From a virus (Duplodnaviria; Caudoviricetes): a stretch of DNA of 64,000 bases. A model generated the notes under the pieces. It did not search any database, had not been told where the DNA came from, and was given only the letters and a program-made list of their open reading frames with translations. Location: the IMG/VR virus record IMGVR_UViG_3300013105_000022, positions 72,516 to 136,515 of that record. One strand, given 5' to 3'. The position numbers and the translations under genes are program-made. Positions 17,491 through 27,500 of this stretch are shown one piece after another (the first letter of the stretch is position 1; every line of letters starts with the position of its first letter).

Positions 17491-18519
17491 GTGCCTGATA
17501 TTTCACTCTTCCAGCCAACGGTGCTGATGGGTGTCGTTGAGAAGTTCACGGCACCTGAGAATCTTACAATGCTCAACCGCATTGACAAGACTCCGCACCC
17601 GTTCCCGACTGCACAGTGGGACGTTATCCGTGGTTCGCGCGCTATTGCTCGCCCGAACGTTCCGAACTCTGAAGCCCACATCGTACCTCGCCTCGGTCGC
17701 GAGCAGATGGCCGCTAGCTTCATCTACCTTCGTGAGAAGAAGGTATTCGAGCCGACGACTCTGTACTGGCTACGTACCCCTGGTGAAATCGCCAAGGTAA
17801 ACGCCGAGCGTGCAGTTCTCCGTGAAATCACGGACCTGAACCGTCGTTTCGACAACTTCGCTGAGTACGCCATTTGGCAGATGTTCACGGGTCAGTTCAA
17901 CCTTCCCGAGGACGGCGATGCTCCTGCTATCAACGTTGACTACAAGCTCCCAGCTTCGCACAAGGTCAACGCCGGTACTTCTTGGGCAACCGCTACTCCG
18001 AAGCAGATCATCGCTGATGTTCGCGCTTGGAAGCGTCTCGTCAACCGTGACGGTCAGGTAGTTGCTAACGAGGCTTACGCTTCCGAGAACTCCATCACCG
18101 CCATCTTCGACTCCTTCGCTTCGGCTGGTACCACTCCCGCGTACCTCCTGTCCGACCGCATGAAGGACCAGTACTACCGTGAGGGTCTGCTTCCAGGCTT
18201 CCTCGGTATCAACTGGAAGATTCAGGATGCCGTCTTCGACGCCACGGGTGCCTCGTACACCGAGAACCCGACCGATCCTGGTGCAGAGAAGCCGTTCCTG
18301 GCCGACAACCGCATCATCTTCGGTAACTTCACCGAGGGTCGTCCGTTCGAGATGATCGTTGGACCGACCGCTGACCTTGAGGCTCCTCAGGGCTACACGG
18401 GCAAGTTCGCCAAGACCTGGCAGGACAAGGACCCGTCCGGTCGTCAGTACCTCCTAGAGTGGAACTTCCTGCCGGTTCTGAACCGTCCTGAGCAGTTCGT
18501 TTACGCCAACGTCGCGTAA
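17491..18519 (+). CDS. Major capsid protein (lambda gpE-like)
   Basis: AGGAG RBS + GTG; 342 aa; DP...YL......PVL..P C-terminal pattern; follows decoration gene; strong terminator after it. Confidence 0.88.
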   Translation: MPDISLFQPTVLMGVVEKFTAPENLTMLNRIDKTPHPFPTAQWDVIRGSRAIARPNVPNSEAHIVPRLGREQMAASFIYLREKKVFEPTTLYWLRTPGEIAKVNAERAVLREITDLNRRFDNFAEYAIWQMFTGQFNLPEDGDAPAINVDYKLPASHKVNAGTSWATATPKQIIADVRAWKRLVNRDGQVVANEAYASENSITAIFDSFASAGTTPAYLLSDRMKDQYYREGLLPGFLGINWKIQDAVFDATGASYTENPTDPGAEKPFLADNRIIFGNFTEGRPFEMIVGPTADLEAPQGYTGKFAKTWQDKDPSGRQYLLEWNFLPVLNRPEQFVYANVA

Positions 18520-18532
18520 GCTCTAACAGGCT

Positions 18533-18559
18533 AGCCCCCATCTTCGGGTGGGGGCTTTT
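18533..18559 (+). terminator. Rho-independent terminator
   Basis: AGCCCCCATC-TTCG-GGTGGGGGCT followed by a T run. Confidence 0.88.
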
Positions 18560-18604
18560 CTGTTCCCTTTTGCGGTAAGATAGAAGTTCCGAAGCTCCTC
18601 TGGA

Positions 18605-18613
18605 GCGATAGTA
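18605..18613 (+). promoter_or_regulatory. Late motif
   Basis: Exact GCGATAGTA after the terminator. Confidence 0.7.
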
Positions 18614-18634
18614 GATAGAGACCCAGGAGTCCTA

Positions 18635-19318
18635 ATGCCCCGAACAGCAAACACCACACCTAAGACCACAGCGGCAAAGAAGCCAGCCGCATCTAAGGTC
18701 GTCACCGACCCCAAGGAAGTTCTCGATGGCGGACCCAGCGCTCCTGCCGTAGGAGATGACGACCAGGAGCAGACGACCGAAGAGCACGACAACGGTCAGA
18801 ACGACAGCGCTCCTACCATCGAGCAGATCGAGCTAGAAGAGCTTCGTGCACAGCTAGCCGAGTACAAGGCCCGTGAAGAGGCAGAGGCCGCTCAGGGCCG
18901 CGCTCAGGCTACCCACTACGAGCCTGTGGATGAGTCCACCCTGTCTCCGGAGCAACTTCAGATTCGCTCCCTCCAGGACCAGCTTGCAAAGGCCAAGGGC
19001 AAGGAAATCGACAAGGCTGAAGAGGTCTACGAGGAGAACGTCGAAGGCGGCATTCTCGTGCACTTCCTAGAAGATGGACTGTCCTCCAACGGACGCAACT
19101 TCTACCGTGGCCAGGAGGTCACCTTTGGCCCTGAGGCCTATGAGGAGACTCTGGATCGATTCGGAGATTCCTGGATCAACATGAACGACGATGAGCAGTA
19201 CGCACGTTGGGGAGAGGTCAAGTTCCGTAAGGGACCGTGGCCGGGTCGTCGCACCTATGAGGAAGACGCCCTCAAGAACAAGTCCATCTCCGAGCAGGCA
19301 CCGCTCGTCCGTATCTAA
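18635..19318 (+). CDS. Hypothetical protein (low-complexity N-terminus, coiled coil)
   Basis: AGGAG RBS; first gene of the neck operon. Confidence 0.7.
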   Translation: MPRTANTTPKTTAAKKPAASKVVTDPKEVLDGGPSAPAVGDDDQEQTTEEHDNGQNDSAPTIEQIELEELRAQLAEYKAREEAEAAQGRAQATHYEPVDESTLSPEQLQIRSLQDQLAKAKGKEIDKAEEVYEENVEGGILVHFLEDGLSSNGRNFYRGQEVTFGPEAYEETLDRFGDSWINMNDDEQYARWGEVKFRKGPWPGRRTYEEDALKNKSISEQAPLVRI

Positions 19319-19326
19319 GGAACCCA

Positions 19327-19863
19327 ATGGCCGCTTTTCCTGAATTTGACGTAGACGACCTTGCCGCTTTCTCCGGTAGGATCACTTCGGAGTACACGAA
19401 CACGGCCTACGTTCCGTCAGCTATCGCTCAGGCAACCCTTCTGTTCAAGCTGGGCACATGTCTGGGCGATAGCTGGCCAGATGACCCTACACTCGCACAG
19501 CTAGCGCAGATGGCCATTCTGTCTATGGCAGAGGCTATCTACGCTGTACAGCCCTTCCAGACCGTTCTAGCGAACCCGTTCTCTTCTGAGACCATCGGTA
19601 GCTATTCCTACTCTAAGGTCTCTGGTGCCGTCATGGGAGGTCTCCCAACAGGCATTACGTGGTTCGACCTAGCCCTGTCTAAGCTGAGCGTGTGCGACCT
19701 CACTTCTGGAATCATGGGTGGAGGCATCGAGGTCTTCGAGTTCGATGGTGCATTCGGTCCCGGATACCTTGACGGCAACGTTCGTTTCCTCAGCCCTGTA
19801 GACCTAGATCGACACGAGCGTTGGATGCACGACCCGTCTGAAGGATACCCCTACTCTGCATAA
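19327..19863 (+). CDS. Head-to-tail adaptor
   Basis: SETIGSYSYS motif; synteny. Confidence 0.75.
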   Translation: MAAFPEFDVDDLAAFSGRITSEYTNTAYVPSAIAQATLLFKLGTCLGDSWPDDPTLAQLAQMAILSMAEAIYAVQPFQTVLANPFSSETIGSYSYSKVSGAVMGGLPTGITWFDLALSKLSVCDLTSGIMGGGIEVFEFDGAFGPGYLDGNVRFLSPVDLDRHERWMHDPSEGYPYSA

Positions 19864-19937
19864 GCTTTAGGACCCCCGCGCAAGCGGGTCATTAGGAAGC
19901 CTTGGAGCTTATATCAGTAACAACAAGGAGATGGCGT

Positions 19938-20210
19938 ATGCCTGAAATTGAAATCGACAAGCCGACCATCTTCTCCCAGCCAGGTTGCGTGCAGTGTTCC
20001 GCTGTCAAGCGCAAGCTCAAGGAGAAGAACGTCGAATTCCAGGAAATTGACGCCTCACAGGTGCCAGAAGCATTTGCTCTAGTCAAGGATGAGTGGGGAT
20101 ACCAGCGTGTGCCGGTTACCTACTTCCAAGGAAAGCATTTCGGCGGATACAACCCGTCCGAGGTAGATGCTCTGGTTGAAAGCTACCACTCCGTGTCGGT
20201 AGCCGCCTAA
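19938..20210 (+). CDS. nrdH: NrdH-like glutaredoxin
   Basis: CVQC active site, GYQRVPV, GYNP; AAGGAG RBS. Confidence 0.85.
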   Translation: MPEIEIDKPTIFSQPGCVQCSAVKRKLKEKNVEFQEIDASQVPEAFALVKDEWGYQRVPVTYFQGKHFGGYNPSEVDALVESYHSVSVAA

Positions 20211-20219
20211 GCGATAGTA
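20211..20219 (+). promoter_or_regulatory. Late motif
   Basis: Exact GCGATAGTA directly after the nrdH stop. Confidence 0.7.
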
Positions 20220-20236
20220 GTAGCGAGGAGCTAATC

Positions 20237-20623
20237 ATGGATCATCTATTCGCAAGCGTAGTGAAGGTACAACGCCTTACTCGTACGCGCACCGATGGAG
20301 TGACCAAGATGGAATGGCTGGATCAGCCTGCTCCTCTCAACGCTATCAGGTGTCGCCTGGATTTGAACTTCCTTCGCCCTGGTAAGGACGTACCTCCGGC
20401 CTATGAAGCCGGAACCGCTCCTGACCGCGTAGGAGTCATGTTCTGTCGCGCAAACAACGCCCTCAGGGCCGGGGATCGCATTGTGACGGTCTCCGGTCCT
20501 GTGAGCGGCGTATTCGATCTGAAGGTCATCCCCGACATCGCTGTTGACTTCTCCAGCGCTCACCACATTGAAGTACAGGTCATCGAGTCCGTTCAGAACC
20601 TGGATGGGAAGTGGCCGGAGTGA
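20237..20623 (+). CDS. Head-to-tail stopper
   Basis: LRAGDRI and HHIEV motifs; synteny. Confidence 0.7.
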   Translation: MDHLFASVVKVQRLTRTRTDGVTKMEWLDQPAPLNAIRCRLDLNFLRPGKDVPPAYEAGTAPDRVGVMFCRANNALRAGDRIVTVSGPVSGVFDLKVIPDIAVDFSSAHHIEVQVIESVQNLDGKWPE

Positions 20624-20982
20624 CCATTCAGATCAAGTCGAACTGGAGAGCAGTCGAGCGTGAGCTTGACCGTCTAGAGCACTCTCCTGAAATCGCCGCA
20701 GTGTATCTGGATGCTGTACTGAATACCGGCTTCAAGGCCACCCAAGGTGCCGTCCACATCCTTACCGGATCGCTCAAATCGTCTGGTAAGAAGTCCTCCT
20801 CATTCGATGGTGACACCTGGACGGGAGAAATCGTCTACGGTGGTGTCAGCCTGGGAGTGAACAACCCTGTAACATACGCCATCTACGAAAAGGCAAGAGA
20901 TGGCGACCACGACTTCTTTACGCCTCTGAAGGCGCTAGACTCGATGTATGTAAGAGCAATCCTGAAGGCCCTAAGCAAATGA
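20620..20982 (+). CDS. Neck/tail completion protein (HK97 gp10-like)
   Basis: TGSLKSS, YAIYE and FF.P motifs; GTGA overlap. Confidence 0.65.
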   Translation: MTIQIKSNWRAVERELDRLEHSPEIAAVYLDAVLNTGFKATQGAVHILTGSLKSSGKKSSSFDGDTWTGEIVYGGVSLGVNNPVTYAIYEKARDGDHDFFTPLKALDSMYVRAILKALSK

Positions 20983-21479
20983 CTCAACTCGCCTACGCCG
21001 CGCGCAATCTGCTTGCACAGTTCCCATCTGTGACAAGCCTACTTGGCGTGGACGAGCTAGATGATCCGATGCTGTACCCGAACCGCCCTGAGGCTACAGT
21101 GGAGAACACCGGCAAGTGCCTGGTGGTCATCCGTGTCGATGGTGGATGGGGAGCTAACCAACACAACACCGCCCGCTTCCCTACTCTTGTCGTAGACATC
21201 TGGGCGGACCCTACTCGCAACTCCGATGGCTCTGTACAGATGCAGGACGCCTCCCTCAAGGCTGAGGCAGTGTTCAAGGCCATCGACAAGATTCTGCATC
21301 AGGTGAACAACTCCCTTCCAGGTGGCGGTGCCATCTACTGGGGAACTCTCACGCAGATCACGAACAAGACCGGAGTCAGGATCACATCCTCCTCCCGCAC
21401 AAACGATCCGGACGAACGACCAGCCTTTGACGACCAAGGAGCCGTCATCTGGCAAGTCCGATACAACGTATCGATCTGA
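20979..21479 (+). CDS. Tail terminator
   Basis: Synteny; LVVDIWA pattern. Confidence 0.6.
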   Translation: MTQLAYAARNLLAQFPSVTSLLGVDELDDPMLYPNRPEATVENTGKCLVVIRVDGGWGANQHNTARFPTLVVDIWADPTRNSDGSVQMQDASLKAEAVFKAIDKILHQVNNSLPGGGAIYWGTLTQITNKTGVRITSSSRTNDPDERPAFDDQGAVIWQVRYNVSI

Positions 21480-21507
21480 ACTAGAAAATGAAGCCCTGGA
21501 GGCTCTT

Positions 21508-22629
21508 GTGAAGGTACTACTCAACATCCCCCTATCGCCGTTCAGCGGCTACGGAAACGACGGCATTGGTCTAGCTCGTGCCTTCATGCGCTGGGGCGCT
21601 GACGTGTACCTCCAGCCCTCTGTAGTGCAGTCTCCTCTCCCGGAGGACGTAGCTCATCTGCTCACGAAGAAGCTCGAAGCTCCCTTCGATCTGATTATCA
21701 ACCACCACGACCCTGCCGCCCTGGTCTCCTCAGAGGAGCAGAAGCGTGCGGGCCATGTCGTCGTCGCATGGACAATGTGGGAGTACTCCAACTTCGGCAA
21801 CCTTCCGGGGCGCTCGAAGATGAAGAAGAATCTGAAGTACTTCGATGCTCTTGTAGGCTACGATCCTGTGTCCTCTGACTGTCTTCGTGAGTACTCCCGC
21901 AAGGGACAGCCGGTGCTCACCGTACAGGGAGGCTTCTGGCCGGAGGACTGGCCTAAGAGCGAGGAGCGTGACTGGTACAGCGAGCGCTTCGGATTCTGCA
22001 TGGTGGGCCAGCTTCACATGCGCAAGGACCCGTTCGTGGCCATCCAGGCGTTCCAGGAACTGAAGAACGACCCCGACATTGAGTTCGAAGGTGCAGAGCT
22101 TCACCTGAAGACCAACCTGCCCGGACTACACAGTTCGATGGAACAGGTCATCCCCAAGCTTCGCATCCACTACGCTGTGTGGCAGAACGAACTCCTGTAC
22201 AAGTTCTACGAGTCTCAGCACGTCCTCCTGGCACCTTCCCGTGGCGAGGGAAAGAACATGCCCGCCCTGGAGATGCAGGCCACTGGCGGTACAGTCATCG
22301 CGACGAACTGGGGAGGTCACCAACAGTGGCTCAACAAGGAGTACAACTACCCTCTGGACTACACGCTAGCTCCAGTAGACAGTGACTCTCCGAACACCCT
22401 CAATGCACGTGCTGACATCGATCACCTGAAGGAACTCATGCTTGAGGCCTACCAGAACCGCGACGAGGCTCGACGCAAGGGTGACCTCGCGGCACAGATC
22501 ATTCCCAAGCTATCCTCTTGGGACTCCGTAGTAGAGCGTCTTCTGCTACAACTCAAGGACTCCACTGAGAATGGGGAGCGACTATGGGCGGCGGCTCAGG
22601 CATGCCGTAAGGGAAGGCCAGAACTATGA
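21508..22629 (+). CDS. GT4 (GT-B fold) glycosyltransferase
   Basis: SGYG, RK and PSRGEGKNMPALEMQATG (E-x7-E); GGAGG RBS before GTG 21508. Confidence 0.85.
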   Translation: MKVLLNIPLSPFSGYGNDGIGLARAFMRWGADVYLQPSVVQSPLPEDVAHLLTKKLEAPFDLIINHHDPAALVSSEEQKRAGHVVVAWTMWEYSNFGNLPGRSKMKKNLKYFDALVGYDPVSSDCLREYSRKGQPVLTVQGGFWPEDWPKSEERDWYSERFGFCMVGQLHMRKDPFVAIQAFQELKNDPDIEFEGAELHLKTNLPGLHSSMEQVIPKLRIHYAVWQNELLYKFYESQHVLLAPSRGEGKNMPALEMQATGGTVIATNWGGHQQWLNKEYNYPLDYTLAPVDSDSPNTLNARADIDHLKELMLEAYQNRDEARRKGDLAAQIIPKLSSWDSVVERLLLQLKDSTENGERLWAAAQACRKGRPEL

Positions 22630-22850
22630 CCTCAAGATCAATCGAAGTCAGGTGCCCATACGGCCCCCAAAGGCTTTTTATGAAATTGAAGCTTGCCGGT
22701 GAATCCCCCACAATCACGGACGACAACTACATGGAATTCTCCTGCTCTGACTGCAAGAGAAACCTCCGTCGTCAGGGGTTCGAAGTGGATAGGGTCATTC
22801 ACCAATACGACTTCCTAGGCAATTGGGTAGACACCTTCTTGGAGTACTGA
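22626..22850 (+). CDS. Small Cys-containing hypothetical protein
   Basis: RCP...CSDC...H possible metal ligands; ATGA overlap. Confidence 0.6.
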   Translation: MTSRSIEVRCPYGPQRLFMKLKLAGESPTITDDNYMEFSCSDCKRNLRRQGFEVDRVIHQYDFLGNWVDTFLEY

Positions 22851-22869
22851 CCATAGGTTCGTACAACGC

Positions 22870-22878
22870 GCGATAGTA
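22870..22878 (+). promoter_or_regulatory. Late motif upstream of major tail gene
   Basis: Exact GCGATAGTA. Confidence 0.7.
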
Positions 22879-22916
22879 GTAGCTAGAGTAATCCCACTCT
22901 AGCTACTTCTATTTCT
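22878..22916 (+). terminator. 12-bp hairpin with T-rich tail overlapping the late promoter
   Basis: AGTAGCTAGAGT-N6-ACTCTAGCTACT then TCTATTTCT. Confidence 0.55.
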
Positions 22917-22927
22917 AGGAGGCCCAA

Positions 22928-23509
22928 GTGGCAACCCCAATCGTTGAAGGTTTCAGCCTTTCACACGCCGCGATTCTGGACGGTACCACAGGTGCCGAGG
23001 CAGTAAACGGTGACATTTACGGTATCCGTTCCGGTTCCATTGAACTGGACACGGACTCGTACGACAACACTGGAGACGACGCTGTTCTCTCCACGTGGTA
23101 CTGGTTCAACAAGGCTACGCTAACCGTTCAGTCTGGTTACGTTCCTTTCAACACCATTGCCCTTCTGTCCGGTTCTAAGGTTACCTCTTCGGGTGCCGCA
23201 CCGAACGACTTCTACACCCTTCCTCTGTGGGAAGAGCGTCAGCAGAACACGACTCCGCGTCCTGTTCTGATTCGCGTTCCTTCCAAGGACAAGGACGGTG
23301 TTATCCGTACCCTGGACTTCGTTCTCTACAAGGTACAGTTCCAGCCGATTTCGTTCGACGGTCCTACCTACAAGGACGGCCTCCTACTGAACTACACGGG
23401 TACCGCTCTTATGTCCGACAAGGACGAAAAGGGTAACCCTGTTCTGGACTCGCAGACCGGTCTTCCGACCAGGGCAATTGGACGACTGGTAAGCCGTCCT
23501 CAGGTCTAA
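22928..23509 (+). CDS. Major tail (tube) protein
   Basis: AGGAGG RBS; 193 aa beta-rich; precedes chaperones and TMP. Confidence 0.8.
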   Translation: MATPIVEGFSLSHAAILDGTTGAEAVNGDIYGIRSGSIELDTDSYDNTGDDAVLSTWYWFNKATLTVQSGYVPFNTIALLSGSKVTSSGAAPNDFYTLPLWEERQQNTTPRPVLIRVPSKDKDGVIRTLDFVLYKVQFQPISFDGPTYKDGLLLNYTGTALMSDKDEKGNPVLDSQTGLPTRAIGRLVSRPQV

Positions 23510-23559
23510 GTCTGATAAGCTAGATACAACTTCAAATTAGTCTGATCCCTGGAGGACAA

Positions 23560-24057
23560 ATGACAACCGAGTCCAACGACGTTGAGGCTCTAGCGCCAAG
23601 CTCCGATACTCTTACCCTAGAGTCGGGGCTTGTCGTACGTGTAGAGCGACTTCGCACCCGAGGCATGTTCAAGCTCCTGAAGGTCGTCACCCGTGGTGGT
23701 GGACCGATCCTAATGCAGATTGACCTTGACTTCGAGAATACCGAAGCCTTCGTACAGCAGTTCCTTGCAGTAGTCATGATGGCTGTTCCGGAAGCGGAGC
23801 AGGAAGCCGTCGAGTTCATCCAGTCTATGGTGACTCCCGCTGACTACGACGAGAACGCTAAGACCAAGGCGGCTCATCAGAAGAACCAGGAACTCATCGA
23901 TAGGCTTGTTGCCGAACTCGATGACCCTGCCATTGGTGACACGCTTGAAATCATCATGAAGATCGTTCAGAACGAGGCTTCAGACATTGCGGCACTGGGA
24001 AAACGCCTAGCGGCGACGTTGAAGATTCAGACGGCTTCACTGGAAGCCAAGAACTGA
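23560..24057 (+). CDS. Tail assembly chaperone (short form)
   Basis: Between MTP and TMP; slippery site near the 3' end. Confidence 0.8.
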   Translation: MTTESNDVEALAPSSDTLTLESGLVVRVERLRTRGMFKLLKVVTRGGGPILMQIDLDFENTEAFVQQFLAVVMMAVPEAEQEAVEFIQSMVTPADYDENAKTKAAHQKNQELIDRLVAELDDPAIGDTLEIIMKIVQNEASDIAALGKRLAATLKIQTASLEAKN

Positions 24058-24542
24058 TTCTCAGTGAGGTCCAGGAAATTGATCCGGACGGTCTCCTAGG
24101 AGGCTATAGCATCTCATTCGATCTAGTGTCGAAAGAGTATGGCTGGACAGACGATCAAATCCTGGACCTCACCGTACGCCGCTTCAGACAGATTGTTGCC
24201 GCTATTCGCAGGCGACAGCTTTTTGAGCGCCGCGAGCGCATCACGTTGAATTCGTGGATGACTCGCCAGCTAGCCACGTTCATTGCCGGTGGGTACATGG
24301 TCGATGGTAAGCACGGTAACCCCGCCCTGGATCAAGCACGCAATCTCGCCTTTGACGATATTGAAAAGCTCCAGCTAGAGGAATCCGACCTCCGCAACAA
24401 CCGTGGCGGAAACCTTATCTATGGTAAGGACGAACACGGTAGGGAAGTTGTCACGGAGATTGTCACCGACCTCTCCAATGTCAAGTCCGATGCATCCGTT
24501 ATGGCCGCGTTTGGTGATCCTAGTAAGTGGCGTGCGCGATAG
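23560..24542 (+). CDS. Tail assembly chaperone, long form via -1 frameshift at G-GGA-AAA (23997-24003)
   Basis: The -1 frame is open from the slippery site into ORF 24126-24542 (YGWTDDQILDL). Confidence 0.8.
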
Positions 24543-24544
24543 TA
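24536..24544 (+). promoter_or_regulatory. Late motif upstream of TMP
   Basis: Exact GCGATAGTA. Confidence 0.7.
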
Positions 24545-24571
24545 GATAATACGGGAGCCTGAGGAGGCGAG

Positions 24572-27500
24572 ATGGCGGAGGCAAACGAGACCAGAGCCTT
24601 TTACAAGGTTGTCTCAGACTTCAACAACCTCCGACGCGACCTCACACGCACCCGTCAGGAACTAGCCAAGACTCAGGCCGCTGAAAAGGCATTCAACGCC
24701 GCCTCTGTCAAGGATCGCGCCGCCTCTACTAAGGCCGCGACTACTCGCGCCAAGGCACTGGCATCTGAGAACGTCAGCCTCAAGGCAGTACTCTCCAACC
24801 TCACGAAGTACCGTGAGCGTCAGCGCTCCCTACTGGCCCCGGTTGTCGCGGCAACCAAGGCTATCAACGCGCAGAACCGCGCACTGAAGTCCAACGCTAC
24901 GAATCTCTCAGCGGCGGCTATCGCGGCAAAGGCATACGCCGATGCACAGAAGTCAATCAGCCGCTCTACGGGCGTGTCTTCTGATGCTCTTCGCACTCAG
25001 AAGGAGTTCGCTAAGGCTCAGCGTAAGGTCAAGTTCGACACGGACGACACTACCGAGTCGATCAAGAAGCAGAACGTCGCTATCGATGCGGCACACAAGC
25101 TTCGCAACCGATTCAAGGGCACAGGAAAGCTCGACAACTTCCTAGACTCTCGCTCCCTGGTACGCTTCCGCGAAGAGGGCAACAAGCTCGCTCCGGTCTT
25201 CCGTCAGATCGAGATGGGTGGTAAGAGGGCTTTCGATAGCCTTCAGAAGTTCGGTAACTGGCGTCCACGTCTGGTACCGCCATTCGTCGCGCTCATCCCG
25301 ATCATCGGTGCCGTTATCGCGGCTCTGAACCCTCTCGTATCCCTCCTGGGTGCTGTGGGTGGAGCCGCTATCGGTCTCTCTGGGCAGATCGGATCGCTCG
25401 CAGGTGCCTTCCTAGCTCTCCCAGGTATCCTTAGCGCAGTAGCCGCCGGTATCGGTGGTGTCATCGCTTCTATGGGTGGTGTCGGTAACGTCTTCAAGAC
25501 GTACGGCGCTATGCAGAAGGCTCTGGGTAAGAGTCCTGGTAGCGGAGGCGGTCAGACTCAGGAAGAGCGAGCAGAGGCTCTAGCCGATGCAGAGCGCAAC
25601 CTGGCCAAGGCACAGCGCAACGTACAGAAGGCTCAGGAGAACCTAAACAAGGCCCGCGAGGAGGCCCTGAAGGACCTGATTGACCTTCGTCAAGAGGTCG
25701 GACGCGCTTCGCTTACTGAAGAGCGCGCCATTGCCGACCTCCGACTGGCTCAGGAAGCCTACTGGAACGTAATGGCCGACCCTGGCTCTACGCTGGGTGA
25801 CAAGCTCGACGCCGCCGCCAAGATCAAGGAAGCCGAGGCGGACCTTCAGGATGTTCGAAAGAAGAACATCAAGAATCAGAAGGACCTTGTTGACGCCGAG
25901 AAGAAGGGCATCAACCAGTCCGATAAGGTACTGGATGCTCAGGAGAGCCTAGCTGATGCCTATGACGCACAGCGTAAGGCTCAGCGTGCCCTCAAGACGG
26001 AATCCGCCGGTGGTAGCTCTGCCGTACAGGCACTGAACGACTACAACGCCGCTCTGAATGAGCTTTCTCCCTCTGCTCGCAGGTTCGTGCTTGCCATCAT
26101 TGGTATGCAGGACCAGTGGAAGGCATTCCGCAAGGACCTTCAGGAAGAATTCTTCGGTCGCTTCGTAGATGACCTAGACCTTCTTCCTCAGGCTCTACGT
26201 AACCTCTCTGCCTTCCTGAAGCCTGCCGTAGGAGCGATGGGTGACCTTGCCGGTGCCTTCCTCCGTATGTTCACGTCCCCCGAGTGGTCACGTGACATGG
26301 CCACCATTGGTGAGCAGAACGGTGATGTCATCCGAAACCTGGGAGACGCCGCACTGTCGCTCTCCACGGCTCTGAAGGACATCGTAATCGCCGCTGGTCC
26401 GTTCACGGATTGGCTGACGGGTAAGTTCGCTGAGGGTGCCGCCAACTTCTCTGACTTCGTAGCTGATGCTCGTGAGACGGGTTCCCTGGCCGGATGGCTT
26501 GACAACGTAGCTGACCGCCTTGAGCGTTGGTGGACGATTGTCAAGAACATCGGTAGGACTGTCTTCAACTTCTCCTCTGCCGCTTCCGAGTTCGGTGACT
26601 GGATCACTGACGGTCTTCTAGAAATGACCGAGAACTGGGTCAAGTTCAGCGAAGAGCAGACCAAGCCTAACTCGCCGTTCAAGAAGTGGCTAGAGGACAT
26701 CAAGCCTCTTCTCCAGGCTGTCGATGACCTACTCGGTGCTTTCTTCTCGTGGTTCGCGGAAGAGGCCGCAGACCCGGAGAATATCCAGTCTGCTATCGAC
26801 CTTCTGAAGATTCTGACGGATGACGTAGGCCCTGCCCTAGCGCGCCTGATGGACACTCTGGCAGATACAGACATCGATGAGGCCTTCCTGAAGGCTCTGA
26901 CTTCGATCATCGAGTCCATCGACACCATCATGGAGAACGGCGGTAGCGCCGCTTTCGAGACCTTCTTCGACATCGTAACGGGATTCTTCGAAGGTGTGGC
27001 TGAGTTCACATCTCAGATTCCGAAGCCTGTTCTTGAGGGTCTACTTAGCCTGCTCGGATTCCTTGCCGGTGTGACCTTCGTCGGTAAGTTCACGGGTCTG
27101 ACGAGCCTCCTAGGTGCAATCCTTGGATTCTCCGGAAAGACGACACTCTTCGCCGCCATCTCCACGATGGTGAAGGACTTCGGCAAGCTCGATAAGATGA
27201 AGTTCAGCGCCCTTCTGGGTAAGGCCGGACTTCTTGCGGGTATTGCATCTCTCATCGTCGTAACCTGGAACCAGAACCAAAACACACAGCCTTTCCAGGA
27301 CTCTCTCGGTAACGCTCTTACGGACCCAACCAAGGAAAACGTCAAGAATGCCCGTGACGAGGGTATCAAGGACGGAAACGGACTTAAGTGGCTTACCGGT
27401 CCAACTAGCCCACTGAACATTCTCACGGGTGGTCAGAGCCTAGTGAACCTGGGTGCCATCAGTGAGATTCTGCACTTCATTGACGACCTTATGGGTACCA

